Below, in pieces: positions 17,952-26,978 of a stretch of DNA of 64,000 bases (positions are counted from its first letter, which is position 1; every line of letters starts with the position of its first letter). The notes beneath the pieces were generated by a model. It made no database searches. It saw nothing but the letters and a program-made list of their open reading frames with translations, and was not told the origin of the DNA. The stretch is taken from positions 32,001-96,000 of the IMG/VR virus record IMGVR_UViG_3300003323_000567; one strand, written 5' to 3'. The position numbers and the translations under genes were made by a program. The stretch is from a virus.

Positions 17952-19958
17952 TTAAAACAGGCTAATTTGGTTAGGATCTGGCTTTCCACCTTTTCTTTTC
18001 CTCCCTTTTTCGATTGCAAATATTCTTTCTTCTGCTTTGTCAATGTAATACTGATAGTTGATACCATAGTTCCCTATGGGAAGACCCTTGTTTACTTTGT
18101 TAATTACCATGCACTTCCATTCTCCCGCCTCACACTGGGTCACATCATTACCATCAGATTCAACATCGGGATTCTTGACCTTCAGGAGCTTTCTGCCTTC
18201 TTTAGAGACATAATAGCGTATCATTCGATCATAGATCTCCTTTCCTCCTTCCTTGTCAATACCTTCATAATGATATTCTCTGGAAGCCTTAACTCCAATG
18301 CAGAAATCAAAGATGTTATCATGGTTTCTGATAGTTTCTTCAACAGGCTTTCCTTCAACAAAGTACTTTTCCAGAGCCAGATTGATTATCCTTCTGCTCT
18401 TGTTCTTTTCCAATAAGAAGCTTGTCAGGAAGTCCCCTTTCTTCTTTATTTCCCCATCTGGCTTTATGGCCAGATAATCATTCACAGTAGCCTGGATAAG
18501 CTTTCTATACTCAGTATATTCCAGCTTCCCCTGCTCAGAATTACCCACCTTTTTCTCCCATGCGTAGCATGTATTATAGTACTTCTCCAGCATAGACTTG
18601 TCAAAGAGACATACTATACCATCAGTATTAGCACTTATGGTTTGTATCCCCTCGATCAGTAAATCCTCAATTAACATCAGGATCTCAAACTGGTTTCCTA
18701 TAGTACAGCTAAACTGTACAAAGGGATCATACTGCCAGGAGTTCTTCTCATTAGTCTTACCAAACCCCCCTCCATTCAGGGCTAATTTGTACATCTCAGA
18801 TAGACCTTTCATCTTCCTCTTCTCTTCTTCCCTTAGGGCCTTCTTGATCATCTGCTTGAAGGCTATTCTCTTCTCAAATCTGTCCTTGTATCCAATCAGC
18901 CATGCTTTGCTCAAATGGGATGGAAACAATCCTCTTTTGATAATAGACCATGGATACTGAGATCCAATGTCTGCATCCATAAGGACTTCATTCCATTTGG
19001 GCTCTACGATCCTGTTCTTTTCACTAGAATGAATGCCGCCCTTAGCAATCAATAGGTTTAACCCATTGATACTGAATGGATATTCTTCCTTTTTTGCTAA
19101 GTTTACCCTGACTTTCTTCATCCTTTCATGGAATTCCTGGAAGGGTTTTGTTCTGAACTTCACATAATCAGGGATACATTCTCCATAGGTAAACCTTTTG
19201 GTAGGCTTCCTATTTTTCTTCAGATCATATAACTGTCTGGTAGTTATACCCACGCTATCACAATATACCTTCTTGTTAATTTCATCCCCGATTTTCACAT
19301 CACTCCATGAGAGGGCTTTGGTAGGAAATTTCATCTCTTCAATTACATCCAGCCTGTCCTGTACCTTGTTTCTCCCCTTGTAATCTTCATGCTCAACTTC
19401 CCCTAGGGTGTATTTCCAGAACTCATAAGTAGCCTCCACATCATTTCTACAATAATCCTTGATCTCCTGGATCTCAGCCTCTGTAAATACCTCTTGAGTG
19501 TGTGCATAAGGCATTTCCTCTACATTGTAGAAATCCATAGAAAACTCCAGCCATTTCAAAGATGTCCTCTTATTCTCATTGTCATAATGATGTATCTTCA
19601 AAAGATCAATCTGTTGATTGTACAGATCCTCTTCCCTATAGGGAGGAAATAGATCATAGTTCTGATCATCAATGATCTTATTAGAGAACTTTTTAATAAT
19701 ATTCAGAATTCTCCTATTGTCATAATCAATCCATCTCTGATGGTTATCCAGAATAAATTGCAAAATTTGAGCATCATAACTTAACCCATTATAGGATATA
19801 GAATATCCCTTATGGGAGTACAGATGCTTAACCAAACCGTAAAGATCATTTCTATACTCAGAAATCTCGAATTCTACCCATTTATTAGTAGTAGGATTAA
19901 ACCCACAATAGAGGAACATTCCTCCAAGTACCTCTATATCATAGACTTCTACATTCAT
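17952..19958 (-). CDS. DNA polymerase family B
   Basis: Exonuclease motifs DIEV, YNGLSYD, YCRNDV; polymerase motifs DADIGSQYP, KLALNGGGFGK, NTDG. Confidence 0.93.
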   Translation of the reverse strand: MNVEVYDIEVLGGMFLYCGFNPTTNKWVEFEISEYRNDLYGLVKHLYSHKGYSISYNGLSYDAQILQFILDNHQRWIDYDNRRILNIIKKFSNKIIDDQNYDLFPPYREEDLYNQQIDLLKIHHYDNENKRTSLKWLEFSMDFYNVEEMPYAHTQEVFTEAEIQEIKDYCRNDVEATYEFWKYTLGEVEHEDYKGRNKVQDRLDVIEEMKFPTKALSWSDVKIGDEINKKVYCDSVGITTRQLYDLKKNRKPTKRFTYGECIPDYVKFRTKPFQEFHERMKKVRVNLAKKEEYPFSINGLNLLIAKGGIHSSEKNRIVEPKWNEVLMDADIGSQYPWSIIKRGLFPSHLSKAWLIGYKDRFEKRIAFKQMIKKALREEEKRKMKGLSEMYKLALNGGGFGKTNEKNSWQYDPFVQFSCTIGNQFEILMLIEDLLIEGIQTISANTDGIVCLFDKSMLEKYYNTCYAWEKKVGNSEQGKLEYTEYRKLIQATVNDYLAIKPDGEIKKKGDFLTSFLLEKNKSRRIINLALEKYFVEGKPVEETIRNHDNIFDFCIGVKASREYHYEGIDKEGGKEIYDRMIRYYVSKEGRKLLKVKNPDVESDGNDVTQCEAGEWKCMVINKVNKGLPIGNYGINYQYYIDKAEERIFAIEKGRKRKGGKPDPNQISLF

Positions 19959-19960
19959 TG

Positions 19961-20018
19961 TTGGGGGAGGAAGAATCGAACTTCCGACAAGAATACTCTA
20001 CCACTGAGCTATCCCCCA
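19961..20018 (-). ncRNA. tRNA-like element lacking the anticodon arm
   Basis: TGGGGGA-TAGCTCAGTGGTAGAGT-ATTCTTGTC-GGAAG TTCGATT CTTCC-TCCCCCA-A. Confidence 0.75.
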
Positions 20019-20030
20019 CAGGTTAAACTA

Positions 20031-20270
20031 TTAACAATCACCATTGCAAGGCCATTCACATGTGCCACCCATTTCACAATGATGAATCCATCTGCCATTC
20101 TCAAACCAAGGTTGATGTTTCCTATCTCTTTTTCTCTGTAGCCATTTCTCGAATCTTTTTCTCCTCCTTGCCCGCATTCTATCAATCCTTATTTGACCAT
20201 ACATACCTTGTTTGTTCCAGAAGGTAACATAGTCCAGTTTGTACCTTAGGTTTCTGCTTTTCTTTTTCAT
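20031..20270 (-). CDS. basic hypothetical protein with Cys-rich tail
   Basis: 79-aa ORF ending CEMGGTCEWPCNGDC. Confidence 0.6.
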   Translation of the reverse strand: MKKKSRNLRYKLDYVTFWNKQGMYGQIRIDRMRARRRKRFEKWLQRKRDRKHQPWFENGRWIHHCEMGGTCEWPCNGDC

Positions 20271-20450
20271 GTTTGTAACTTTACAACATTAATTTACTAG
20301 TAGAGCTGCTAACTATTTACTTACCTAATGCTTCTATTAAGCACCATACGGATTTGCACCGGGAAATATAAGGGTGTCACTAGCCCTTGAAGGTTTACCT
20401 ACCATAAATAGTATATCGCACACAGAATATTGTCTCTGTGAAACATTTAG

Positions 20451-20521
20451 TGGAGCATAGGGGATTCGAACCCCTGATAACCATCTGAGGAGGGCCGGCA
20501 ACCAACTCCTACATATGCCCC
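20451..20521 (-). ncRNA. Ala-identity tRNA-like element without D stem
   Basis: Acceptor GGGGCAT/ATGCTCC with G3.U70 and A73; T arm AGGGG TTCGAAT CCCCT. Confidence 0.65.
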
Positions 20522-20528
20522 AACCAGT

Positions 20529-20840
20529 TTATCCATCATATCTCTTGGCAGCTTTTAGCATATCAATATGACATGCTACAGCTTCTAAGAGATCGCTCGA
20601 ATAAACTAAGTTATTAGTTTCTCTGTCCATTAGGACTCTTGTAAGTGATTTTTCATCCTTCCTGAGAATGAAACCAACTATGTTCTTAAGGGAAGTACCT
20701 TGCGAATCTTCCCTATGGGCCCACTCTGTAGTATCCTTGTCAACCCACCACTCAACACCTTCTTCATTTGTGAAAAAGGGTTTTGCATTTTCATCATTCC
20801 AGGGCCATAGTTTAAAGTTGAGTTCTTGTTTTTCTTCCAT
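20529..20840 (-). CDS. hypothetical protein
   Basis: 103-aa ORF. Confidence 0.7.
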   Translation of the reverse strand: MEEKQELNFKLWPWNDENAKPFFTNEEGVEWWVDKDTTEWAHREDSQGTSLKNIVGFILRKDEKSLTRVLMDRETNNLVYSSDLLEAVACHIDMLKAAKRYDG

Positions 20841-20841
20841 A

Positions 20842-21234
20842 TTACTGTCTTAGTTTGGTACCCGAATACCCAGGCACCTCTTCTACTTCCTTTAGGGGAA
20901 GCCTCCCCACATAGTGCTCTTTGAAACTATCCCTGGAGTAATACAGGATTGGATTTACATAATTAGAAACCGAAATGAAGTTATCCACTTGCTCTGACCA
21001 CCCTTGATCATTTTCATCCATATCCCAGAGGGGATATATTTCAATGTGGGGAAAGATCTTGCGGATCATTTGAGCTCTGTAGTGTACTCCATAGGGATTT
21101 CTCTCATCAATATCATTTCTTGATCCAAGTAAGATAATAGTTTGATCACATTCCCTTAGGGATGTGGCAATTAGGTGTAGATGACCTGGATGAAGAAAGG
21201 GGACTTGAAATCTTCCGATTATAATTCCTGTCAT
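20842..21234 (-). CDS. cytidylyltransferase-family nucleotidyltransferase (NMNAT/NadM-like)
   Basis: IIGRFQ..LHPGH (HxGH), RNP, C-terminal SGTKLR. Confidence 0.8.
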   Translation of the reverse strand: MTGIIIGRFQVPFLHPGHLHLIATSLRECDQTIILLGSRNDIDERNPYGVHYRAQMIRKIFPHIEIYPLWDMDENDQGWSEQVDNFISVSNYVNPILYYSRDSFKEHYVGRLPLKEVEEVPGYSGTKLRQ

Positions 21235-21341
21235 GTTACGGATTTTAGTAAGGTGAAAAGTCATCACCATCATTGATATCCATTCCTAGTATGCAAACAA
21301 CTAGTAAAAGTACACCTATTACTATGATAAAATGTGCCATA

Positions 21342-21764
21342 CTAGAAGTATTTTTCAATGAAGGGAATTACATCTGAGAAGTCCTCCTTTGTAGAAGCAT
21401 CATTAATCTCAGCAAGTGCCGTTCTTTCGCCTGAAAACCTTCCCCCGAAACTGGACAGCCTTTTCTTATCTGCTTCATCAGGATTGAACATTCCGTTGGA
21501 ATAATCTATTCCTGCCCATTTTCTCACACCTATGGGTAATACTCTGGCACTCGTATTTATCTGATCAGTATAACTCATCCCATCAATAGAGTTATCCTCC
21601 CAGTATCCTTCTCCTGTGATCTCTTTGTGAATGTCACATAACACTCCAAGGCAGCAGTGGGCAACCGGCGTTTCTCCTTCCCTAGTAACCAGTCTTCCGG
21701 TTGCTCTCCTGTATTTGCCGCTCTTTAGGGCAGCTATCCATTTTTCCTTAATTTCTGGATTCAT
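21342..21764 (-). CDS. phage hypothetical protein
   Basis: WIAALKSGKY...CCLGVLC...ND. Confidence 0.7.
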   Translation of the reverse strand: MNPEIKEKWIAALKSGKYRRATGRLVTREGETPVAHCCLGVLCDIHKEITGEGYWEDNSIDGMSYTDQINTSARVLPIGVRKWAGIDYSNGMFNPDEADKKRLSSFGGRFSGERTALAEINDASTKEDFSDVIPFIEKYF

Positions 21765-21784
21765 TAGAATTTAATTTAAGAGTT

Positions 21785-22177
21785 TTAGTGAATGTCTTGA
21801 TCAATTTCGAACATTACAATCTGGTACTTGAGCTTCACCAAGGGATAAACCAGATACATATTCTTTTCCCCTATGGTAACATAGTTCCCATTCTTAAGCT
21901 TGTAATGGTGAAAGACTGAATTAGCATCCCCATTCTTTCTGTAGCTTTCTACAGCAAAGGATCCATAACCATCAATCATCACTGACTTTTGGGTAAACGT
22001 TACTTCAAAAGGAACATTATACCTGATCGTGTCAAGAGTGTAGCTCTTTAAGGTGGAGTCTGCCTTAAGATACTTAGTGTAGACAATCTTTGTCTTGTAG
22101 GTAACTCTGCCAAGAAATTGACTAAATCCCATTTGGCTCAGAAATAACAGTAATACCAGGAGTTTTGCTTGCTTCAT
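21785..22177 (-). CDS. secreted hypothetical protein
   Basis: Signal-peptide-like N-terminus ending GFS-Q. Confidence 0.65.
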   Translation of the reverse strand: MKQAKLLVLLLFLSQMGFSQFLGRVTYKTKIVYTKYLKADSTLKSYTLDTIRYNVPFEVTFTQKSVMIDGYGSFAVESYRKNGDANSVFHHYKLKNGNYVTIGEKNMYLVYPLVKLKYQIVMFEIDQDIH

Positions 22178-22184
22178 ATATTGG

Positions 22185-22442
22185 TTAATTTAGTACTCTT
22201 TTTAGTAAATAATCAAGATTACTGTTGATGTTTTCTATCTCAGTGGGATTTAAGGTTCTTCCCATACCATATCTCCATTTGAATGGATTAGGTTTGGATT
22301 GATGAGAAGTGATATAATGAATGTTGTAATTATAAGTGGAGTACTTTCCTCTGCAGTCCAGCCACTCTGCAGGAGTCATTAGAGACTCTACGTACATAGG
22401 CTTCCCTAAGGTGCTTTGTTGTTCCTGTTTCTGGTCACTCAT
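22185..22442 (-). CDS. hypothetical protein
   Basis: 85-aa ORF. Confidence 0.6.
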   Translation of the reverse strand: MSDQKQEQQSTLGKPMYVESLMTPAEWLDCRGKYSTYNYNIHYITSHQSKPNPFKWRYGMGRTLNPTEIENINSNLDYLLKRVLN

Positions 22443-22668
22443 TTTTCACTACTTTTTTTGGAAATACAACAATAGTAATGTCTCCTTTCTTGTACCTTTC
22501 TTGAAGCTCCTTAAAGCTCATAGAAGGTATAATCTCAGTGGATCCGAGAGATGTTCCCCAGGTTACCTTTTTGTCTTCCTCTTTTGTAGAAACTGTGGAA
22601 TAACCGTCTGGACAAGAACAATCTGCTCTATTTTCTCCGCAGTTTCCACATGGGTCTGTCCAACTCAT
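22435..22668 (-). CDS. hypothetical protein (CxxC...CxC)
   Basis: 77-aa coupled ORF. Confidence 0.6.
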   Translation of the reverse strand: MSWTDPCGNCGENRADCSCPDGYSTVSTKEEDKKVTWGTSLGSTEIIPSMSFKELQERYKKGDITIVVFPKKVVKNE

Positions 22669-22868
22669 AAGATTTCTTTTGTTTGTGATTTAAAATAGCC
22701 CCTTAGGCGCTTAATCCATTTTTTCTTCTCGTATTTTGTGTAAGCTGTTCCCTTAGGGGACATGCTGGTAATGGGGCGTGTGAGATGTGTCAACCAACCT
22801 TTTGCATCCAGGATACCCGACATATTCTCATCTCTGCCAGCCTTATGTCTTCTTCCTTTGTTTCTCAT
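22665..22868 (-). CDS. hypothetical protein
   Basis: 67-aa coupled ORF. Confidence 0.55.
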   Translation of the reverse strand: MRNKGRRHKAGRDENMSGILDAKGWLTHLTRPITSMSPKGTAYTKYEKKKWIKRLRGYFKSQTKEIL

Positions 22869-23296
22869 ATTGCTAAAGTTGGGGTTAAAAGGTGAGAAAA
22901 TTTGTGCTCAAAGACAATATTGTCAGGAATAGGAGCACAAGAGAACATATCTGCCATCTCCTGAGGGGTATAGGCATTAAGATTAGGCTTAATACCATAG
23001 GCTATATAGAAATCCAGCTTAGGGTGAACCTCTGCAAAATAATACAGAGATTTTATCTGAATCTCTATGTAAACTCTTGGGACAGAAGGATGTATCCTTT
23101 GCCTAAGATCTTTCGTGGTTATTGCATAACTCCTCCCTTGGAGGCCTTGGGGGTTACCATACTCTGCATCAAACTCTCTGTAGGCAATTAGGGCTGCTCC
23201 TTTCCCATGTCTGCCTTCAGTATTGGCCCCAAAAACAAATATCCCATTATCTGGGATATCGAACTTGTTGAGAATCAATCCATCATAGATTTTCAT
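22865..23296 (-). CDS. phage protein, possibly macro-like fold
   Basis: IFVFGANTEGRHGKGAA...GLQGRSYAI.T. Confidence 0.6.
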   Translation of the reverse strand: MKIYDGLILNKFDIPDNGIFVFGANTEGRHGKGAALIAYREFDAEYGNPQGLQGRSYAITTKDLRQRIHPSVPRVYIEIQIKSLYYFAEVHPKLDFYIAYGIKPNLNAYTPQEMADMFSCAPIPDNIVFEHKFSHLLTPTLAI

Positions 23297-23297
23297 A

Positions 23298-23525
23298 TTA
23301 CTGTTTTTTCATGTACATCCAACAATCTCCTGTTGATAAAGTAATTGATGTATTGTCAGTAAAGAGTATCATAATCTCAGTACCATGCATTGATGGTAAA
23401 GCTTGATATATGGTTTTACCTCTTAAGAATCCCATATCTATCTCATCAACAGATTTTCTACCATCAGAGTTTTCACATCCCCAAAGGGAGAAAGAAATAA
23501 GAAATACAATTAATAGTCTTTTCAT
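23298..23525 (-). CDS. putative lipoprotein
   Basis: Signal peptide with LWGC lipobox. Confidence 0.6.
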   Translation of the reverse strand: MKRLLIVFLISFSLWGCENSDGRKSVDEIDMGFLRGKTIYQALPSMHGTEIMILFTDNTSITLSTGDCWMYMKKQ

Positions 23526-23542
23526 ATTAAATAAATTTATGT

Positions 23543-23635
23543 AGCGAGGGAAGGACTCGAACCTCCACGAGCTGTACCCAGAATTTAGCTCTCCACCGAG
23601 TTAGGATAGATGCTTTACCAATTTGCATACCTCGC
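23543..23635 (-). ncRNA. tRNA-like element with expanded anticodon arm
   Basis: GCGAGG...AATTGGTAAAGC D region, GGAGG TTCGAGT CCTTC T arm, CCTCGC; no 7-nt anticodon loop. Confidence 0.65.
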
Positions 23636-23650
23636 TGTGTGATAGATAAG

Positions 23651-23688
23651 AAAAAAAGAGAGGGGGAATCTATCCTATCCCCCTCCCG
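23651..23688 (-). terminator. intrinsic terminator
   Basis: GGGAGGGGGA...TCCCCCTCTC-TTTTTTT. Confidence 0.7.
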
Positions 23689-23756
23689 TGTTTTGCTTTA
23701 CACATTAAAAAGTGTGTTGCTCTTTGTGTTTTCAAGTAGCCTCAAGCTAACATTAT

Positions 23757-24340
23757 TCCATTGTTCTGTCAACTGAACTACCCCGCCTTAAATTGCCAGG
23801 GACGGGAGTGGAAACTCAGTTCCCTGGACTTTCTTTCATCGAATGCAAATTATGCAGCCTTCTTTTCGCTTGATACTTTAGAAGACTGACCAGTCAATTC
23901 CCAATACTTATGAGCAGTAATCTTGCTCTTCACGAAAAGGGAGATAGGACTTCCTTTTCTTTCATTCTTCCTCTTGTTCCTGCCGTACTTCTTGTTTCCT
24001 TTACCTCCAGATTTATTTGCCATATGATAGTTTTATTTGATAATGACCCAGTATAGAGGATACCAGGTCTTAAACATGATACGTAAACAAAGTTTATTTT
24101 TTGGTCACTTCAAACCCATGATTTTCAAGGACTTCTTTACAAAGCTGAACGTAAAGAGGGTTTGAAGTACCAAAATTATTCTTCAAACGAGGCGGGGACA
24201 GGATTCAAACCTGCGACTTATGGATTTGGTTAACTACCTGACACGAGCGAATTTGAACTTTAACCTGAGTCTTTTGACACGAATCTAAGTCTAACTTGTC
24301 TGGGGACTAAATAAACCTAAATCTAAGTCTAAGTCTCGGT
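23757..24340 (-). ncRNA. circularly permuted tRNA-like RNA with hexamer-repeat leader
   Basis: T arm + CCCCGCCT (24190-24214) precedes AGGCGGGG + D arm TAGTTCAGTTGACAGAAC (23763-23788); upstream TTAGAC-like hexamers. Confidence 0.6.
23850..24023 (-). CDS. small basic protein (57 aa) inside the permuted tRNA-like element
   Basis: Manual translation MANKSGGKGNKKYGRNKRK...SSEKKAA*. Confidence 0.6.
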   Translation of the reverse strand: MANKSGGKGNKKYGRNKRKNERKGSPISLFVKSKITAHKYWELTGQSSKVSSEKKAA

Positions 24341-24347
24341 CAAATAT

Positions 24348-24770
24348 TTAAAAGGGCTCAGAGACTTTTCCTATCTCTTCCCATATAGCTTCACCTCTTT
24401 TGGTTTCTATAATGAGGTTTGCTTCCTCAACAGCCTCATCTTGCTGCTCAAGGCTCTGTATGTCCCTTAGGGCAGCTAGGATTCTTTGTTTGGGAGTAGG
24501 TTGCCAATACTCTGGGCAATTTCCATCATTTATGTCTACTACTGACATATGAAGCTTATCCATCATTAAGTCTATAAGCTCTTCCCCTTCATCGGTGAAT
24601 TTGATACGTATCTCACTGCAGGATCCCACACTCACTCCGGGAAAAGAATCTAACTGTGGAATGCAGTGTCCTAATGCACATCTTGTATTGTCCTCGGCTT
24701 GCAAAACACCTACTCCCCATCTTTCCTCAGGAATAGCTTCGAACTTATCTATAAAGTGCTGAACGTTCAT
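24348..24770 (-). CDS. hypothetical protein
   Basis: Start at MNVQHF; RCALGHC...INDG. Confidence 0.65.
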   Translation of the reverse strand: MNVQHFIDKFEAIPEERWGVGVLQAEDNTRCALGHCIPQLDSFPGVSVGSCSEIRIKFTDEGEELIDLMMDKLHMSVVDINDGNCPEYWQPTPKQRILAALRDIQSLEQQDEAVEEANLIIETKRGEAIWEEIGKVSEPF

Positions 24771-24780
24771 AGAATTGTTT

Positions 24781-24984
24781 TTATTTTTGTTTATGTGTCC
24801 TTCCAGGGCTCCATGGACAAGCAACTCTCTGTCCAGGATCATCTTTTGTACCCTTTCCACCTACTGTCCACCAGATCTTAAACGGATTCACAGGTTTCAT
24901 TCTGGCATGATAACCGTGCTTATGTGGAGGTTTCCCTCGATTTGTGGCCACTTTGCCACTCTCAGTCTGATGCTCTCTTGCCAT
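24781..24984 (-). CDS. hypothetical protein
   Basis: 67-aa ORF. Confidence 0.5.
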   Translation of the reverse strand: MAREHQTESGKVATNRGKPPHKHGYHARMKPVNPFKIWWTVGGKGTKDDPGQRVACPWSPGRTHKQK

Positions 24985-24993
24985 AAAAAGGTT

Positions 24994-25782
24994 TTATTCC
25001 ACTCCGTGAAGGTACTCAAAAAATCTCTTAGCGTCAAATTCTGATCTCACTGCAGCTACATCATTAGCTTCTTTTAAAGCACCTTCAATTGCTTTAATAA
25101 GAGCACTTCTCCTAGCCAATACTCCAGCCCTGTAGGTATGAGTAGTTTCTCCTGAGAAGGACTGGAGTGTATAATCCCCAAGGGTGACAACAGTGCTTCG
25201 AACAGATTTGACAGGTGTGTACCTGGAAGTATCTGTCATATTCTTGAGATTTGGATCTTCAAGAATATACTCCTCTTTTTCAATTGTTTTGCTCTCACCT
25301 TTGAGCATAGGAGTCTCATATATGTCCCTCCCTGCATACATTGGGTCTGTGGTAGGATCCCAAATCTCAGCATCACTCCTCACAGGCATCTGAGAATACA
25401 TACTCTCTAGGCCTTCCTTCTCAAGAATTGATCTGAGCTTCATAAGCTCCAGTGAACCAAGCTTTCCAAAGCTGAAATTCTCTACCTTTAGCTCCACTTT
25501 GTTACCAGAAGCATTTGTAGCTTCTATAGCCATCACTTGATCAATATGCTCGGATGCTACTTGCTCGAGGTATTTGAGCTTTTCAGGCACAGTAGTAACT
25601 ACTCTGGTGAACTGGTGCATGGAGGGCTCATCTTTTGTTCCTTCCCTCGGGGCATAGGTCTTTCTGATACCCTTGAATTCACCTTGTTTCTTTTCAAAGA
25701 AATTCTTGTATTCAGCAATAAGCTTCCTGAATACAGGGGTAGACGATTCTACCAAGGCCAGTAATTTATTTAACTTTAACAT
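24994..25782 (-). CDS. uncharacterised helical protein
   Basis: MLKLNKLLA...RKTYAP...ATNAS...GDYT...FSGE...ALKEAN...FEYLHG. Confidence 0.8.
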   Translation of the reverse strand: MLKLNKLLALVESSTPVFRKLIAEYKNFFEKKQGEFKGIRKTYAPREGTKDEPSMHQFTRVVTTVPEKLKYLEQVASEHIDQVMAIEATNASGNKVELKVENFSFGKLGSLELMKLRSILEKEGLESMYSQMPVRSDAEIWDPTTDPMYAGRDIYETPMLKGESKTIEKEEYILEDPNLKNMTDTSRYTPVKSVRSTVVTLGDYTLQSFSGETTHTYRAGVLARRSALIKAIEGALKEANDVAAVRSEFDAKRFFEYLHGVE

Positions 25783-25796
25783 AAATCTAAAAGGTT

Positions 25797-26039
25797 TTAA
25801 TGACTGTGAAATTTAGCAATTACTTCCTGGTATGCTTTAGATGGTGTATATCTATAGAACGTTCCCCTCTTATTAACTTTTACTCTTTTCTTAGCCTCTT
25901 CCATACCTCCTTTGAACAGAAATATGGCTCTCACAAGCTTCTCAGCAGGTGTATACAGCTCCTCAGGGGATCTATATACTCTAGTATCAAAAGGGGGCCT
26001 GTTAGAATAAACCAACCTATACCTTCTTCCTTTTACCAT
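25797..26039 (-). CDS. hypothetical protein
   Basis: 80-aa ORF. Confidence 0.6.
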   Translation of the reverse strand: MVKGRRYRLVYSNRPPFDTRVYRSPEELYTPAEKLVRAIFLFKGGMEEAKKRVKVNKRGTFYRYTPSKAYQEVIAKFHSH

Positions 26040-26329
26040 GGTCAGGGATTTTGTGGTTTAAGCCCTAAATGCCTTCACAATTGAACCCTGTTTCATAATT
26101 AGTCTCCAATACACATTTTAAAGAGGATCATAAGCAAGATAATGACTATCAATGTTATGCATCCCCCCTGCTCCCCATCGGGGCCTTTCTGAACACTTGC
26201 TGTTCTCATGGCAGATCAATTATTGTCTTCAGTATCTTCAGTATCTTCATTCTCTGTTTTTTCTGCGGTTTCAGAGAGATCAAGGAGGGTAAGTGTGCCC
26301 CCTCCTTGAAATACGTAAGTGTTGTTCTC

Positions 26330-26626
26330 CTAGAACAGCTCTGCCTTTAAGGCATTGAGAGCACTCAGACCTTCTTTCAGGTCATTCAGGTTCTGTGTCT
26401 CATTTAAGATATTGCCGATTTCCAGAGGGAATTTACCCTTCAGATCAGCCAATCTCCTTTCAGAAGCCAGAATTGCCTTTTTAGAGCGAAGAATTTCGCC
26501 TTCCAGATCCTGAGCTGCCTCATCTACCTGCAATTGGCGAGTTGCTTCATCTTTTTGTTCCTTGGATCTTGATAACAGGTCTGCGTATTTTAATTGCGCC
26601 TGTTCTGTCTGTGTTTGAGTTTCCAT
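26330..26626 (-). CDS. coiled-coil hypothetical protein
   Basis: 98-aa ORF. Confidence 0.7.
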   Translation of the reverse strand: METQTQTEQAQLKYADLLSRSKEQKDEATRQLQVDEAAQDLEGEILRSKKAILASERRLADLKGKFPLEIGNILNETQNLNDLKEGLSALNALKAELF

Positions 26627-26975
26627 GTTTCGTATTTGATTTTTCGATTAAAGAATTAGCCCTTTCGATGCTTTGAGACATAGCTTTTCTTGCCTCTTGT
26701 ACCTTTTGCTGCTTATTGGTAAGGCTCAGACCTGTACTTTTGAAAGGACTGTACATTGCAAGATCATATCTTCCTTCTCCTCCAACTCTGTAGGTATAGG
26801 TTTGACCTGTATCCCAGCAAACACTAACCCAGCCATCATCAGGTTCACTTGCAATAGTGCCTATGCCCCCCTTTCCTCCATCCTGATTACCCCACTCCCA
26901 TCCAGGGCCTCTTACAACCCTCAGCCCAGGGGCAGCTAGATCTTCATTCACAATAATTTGGTTCATAGTTGCCAT
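26547..26975 (-). CDS. MIB/HERC2 domain protein
   Basis: GLRVVRGPGWEWGNQDGG..G.GT...GWVSVCWDTG..YTYRVG..GRYDL matches the Mib_herc2 pattern. Confidence 0.85.
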   Translation of the reverse strand: MATMNQIIVNEDLAAPGLRVVRGPGWEWGNQDGGKGGIGTIASEPDDGWVSVCWDTGQTYTYRVGGEGRYDLAMYSPFKSTGLSLTNKQQKVQEARKAMSQSIERANSLIEKSNTKHGNSNTDRTGAIKIRRPVIKIQGTKR

Positions 26976-26978
26976 TTT

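Noticed and set aside
23757-24224. Two-piece tmRNA (permuted, ORF ending in AA*)
   Set aside because: It has a full D stem and no G3.U70, and the ORF has its own ATG and lies in what would be the excised segment.
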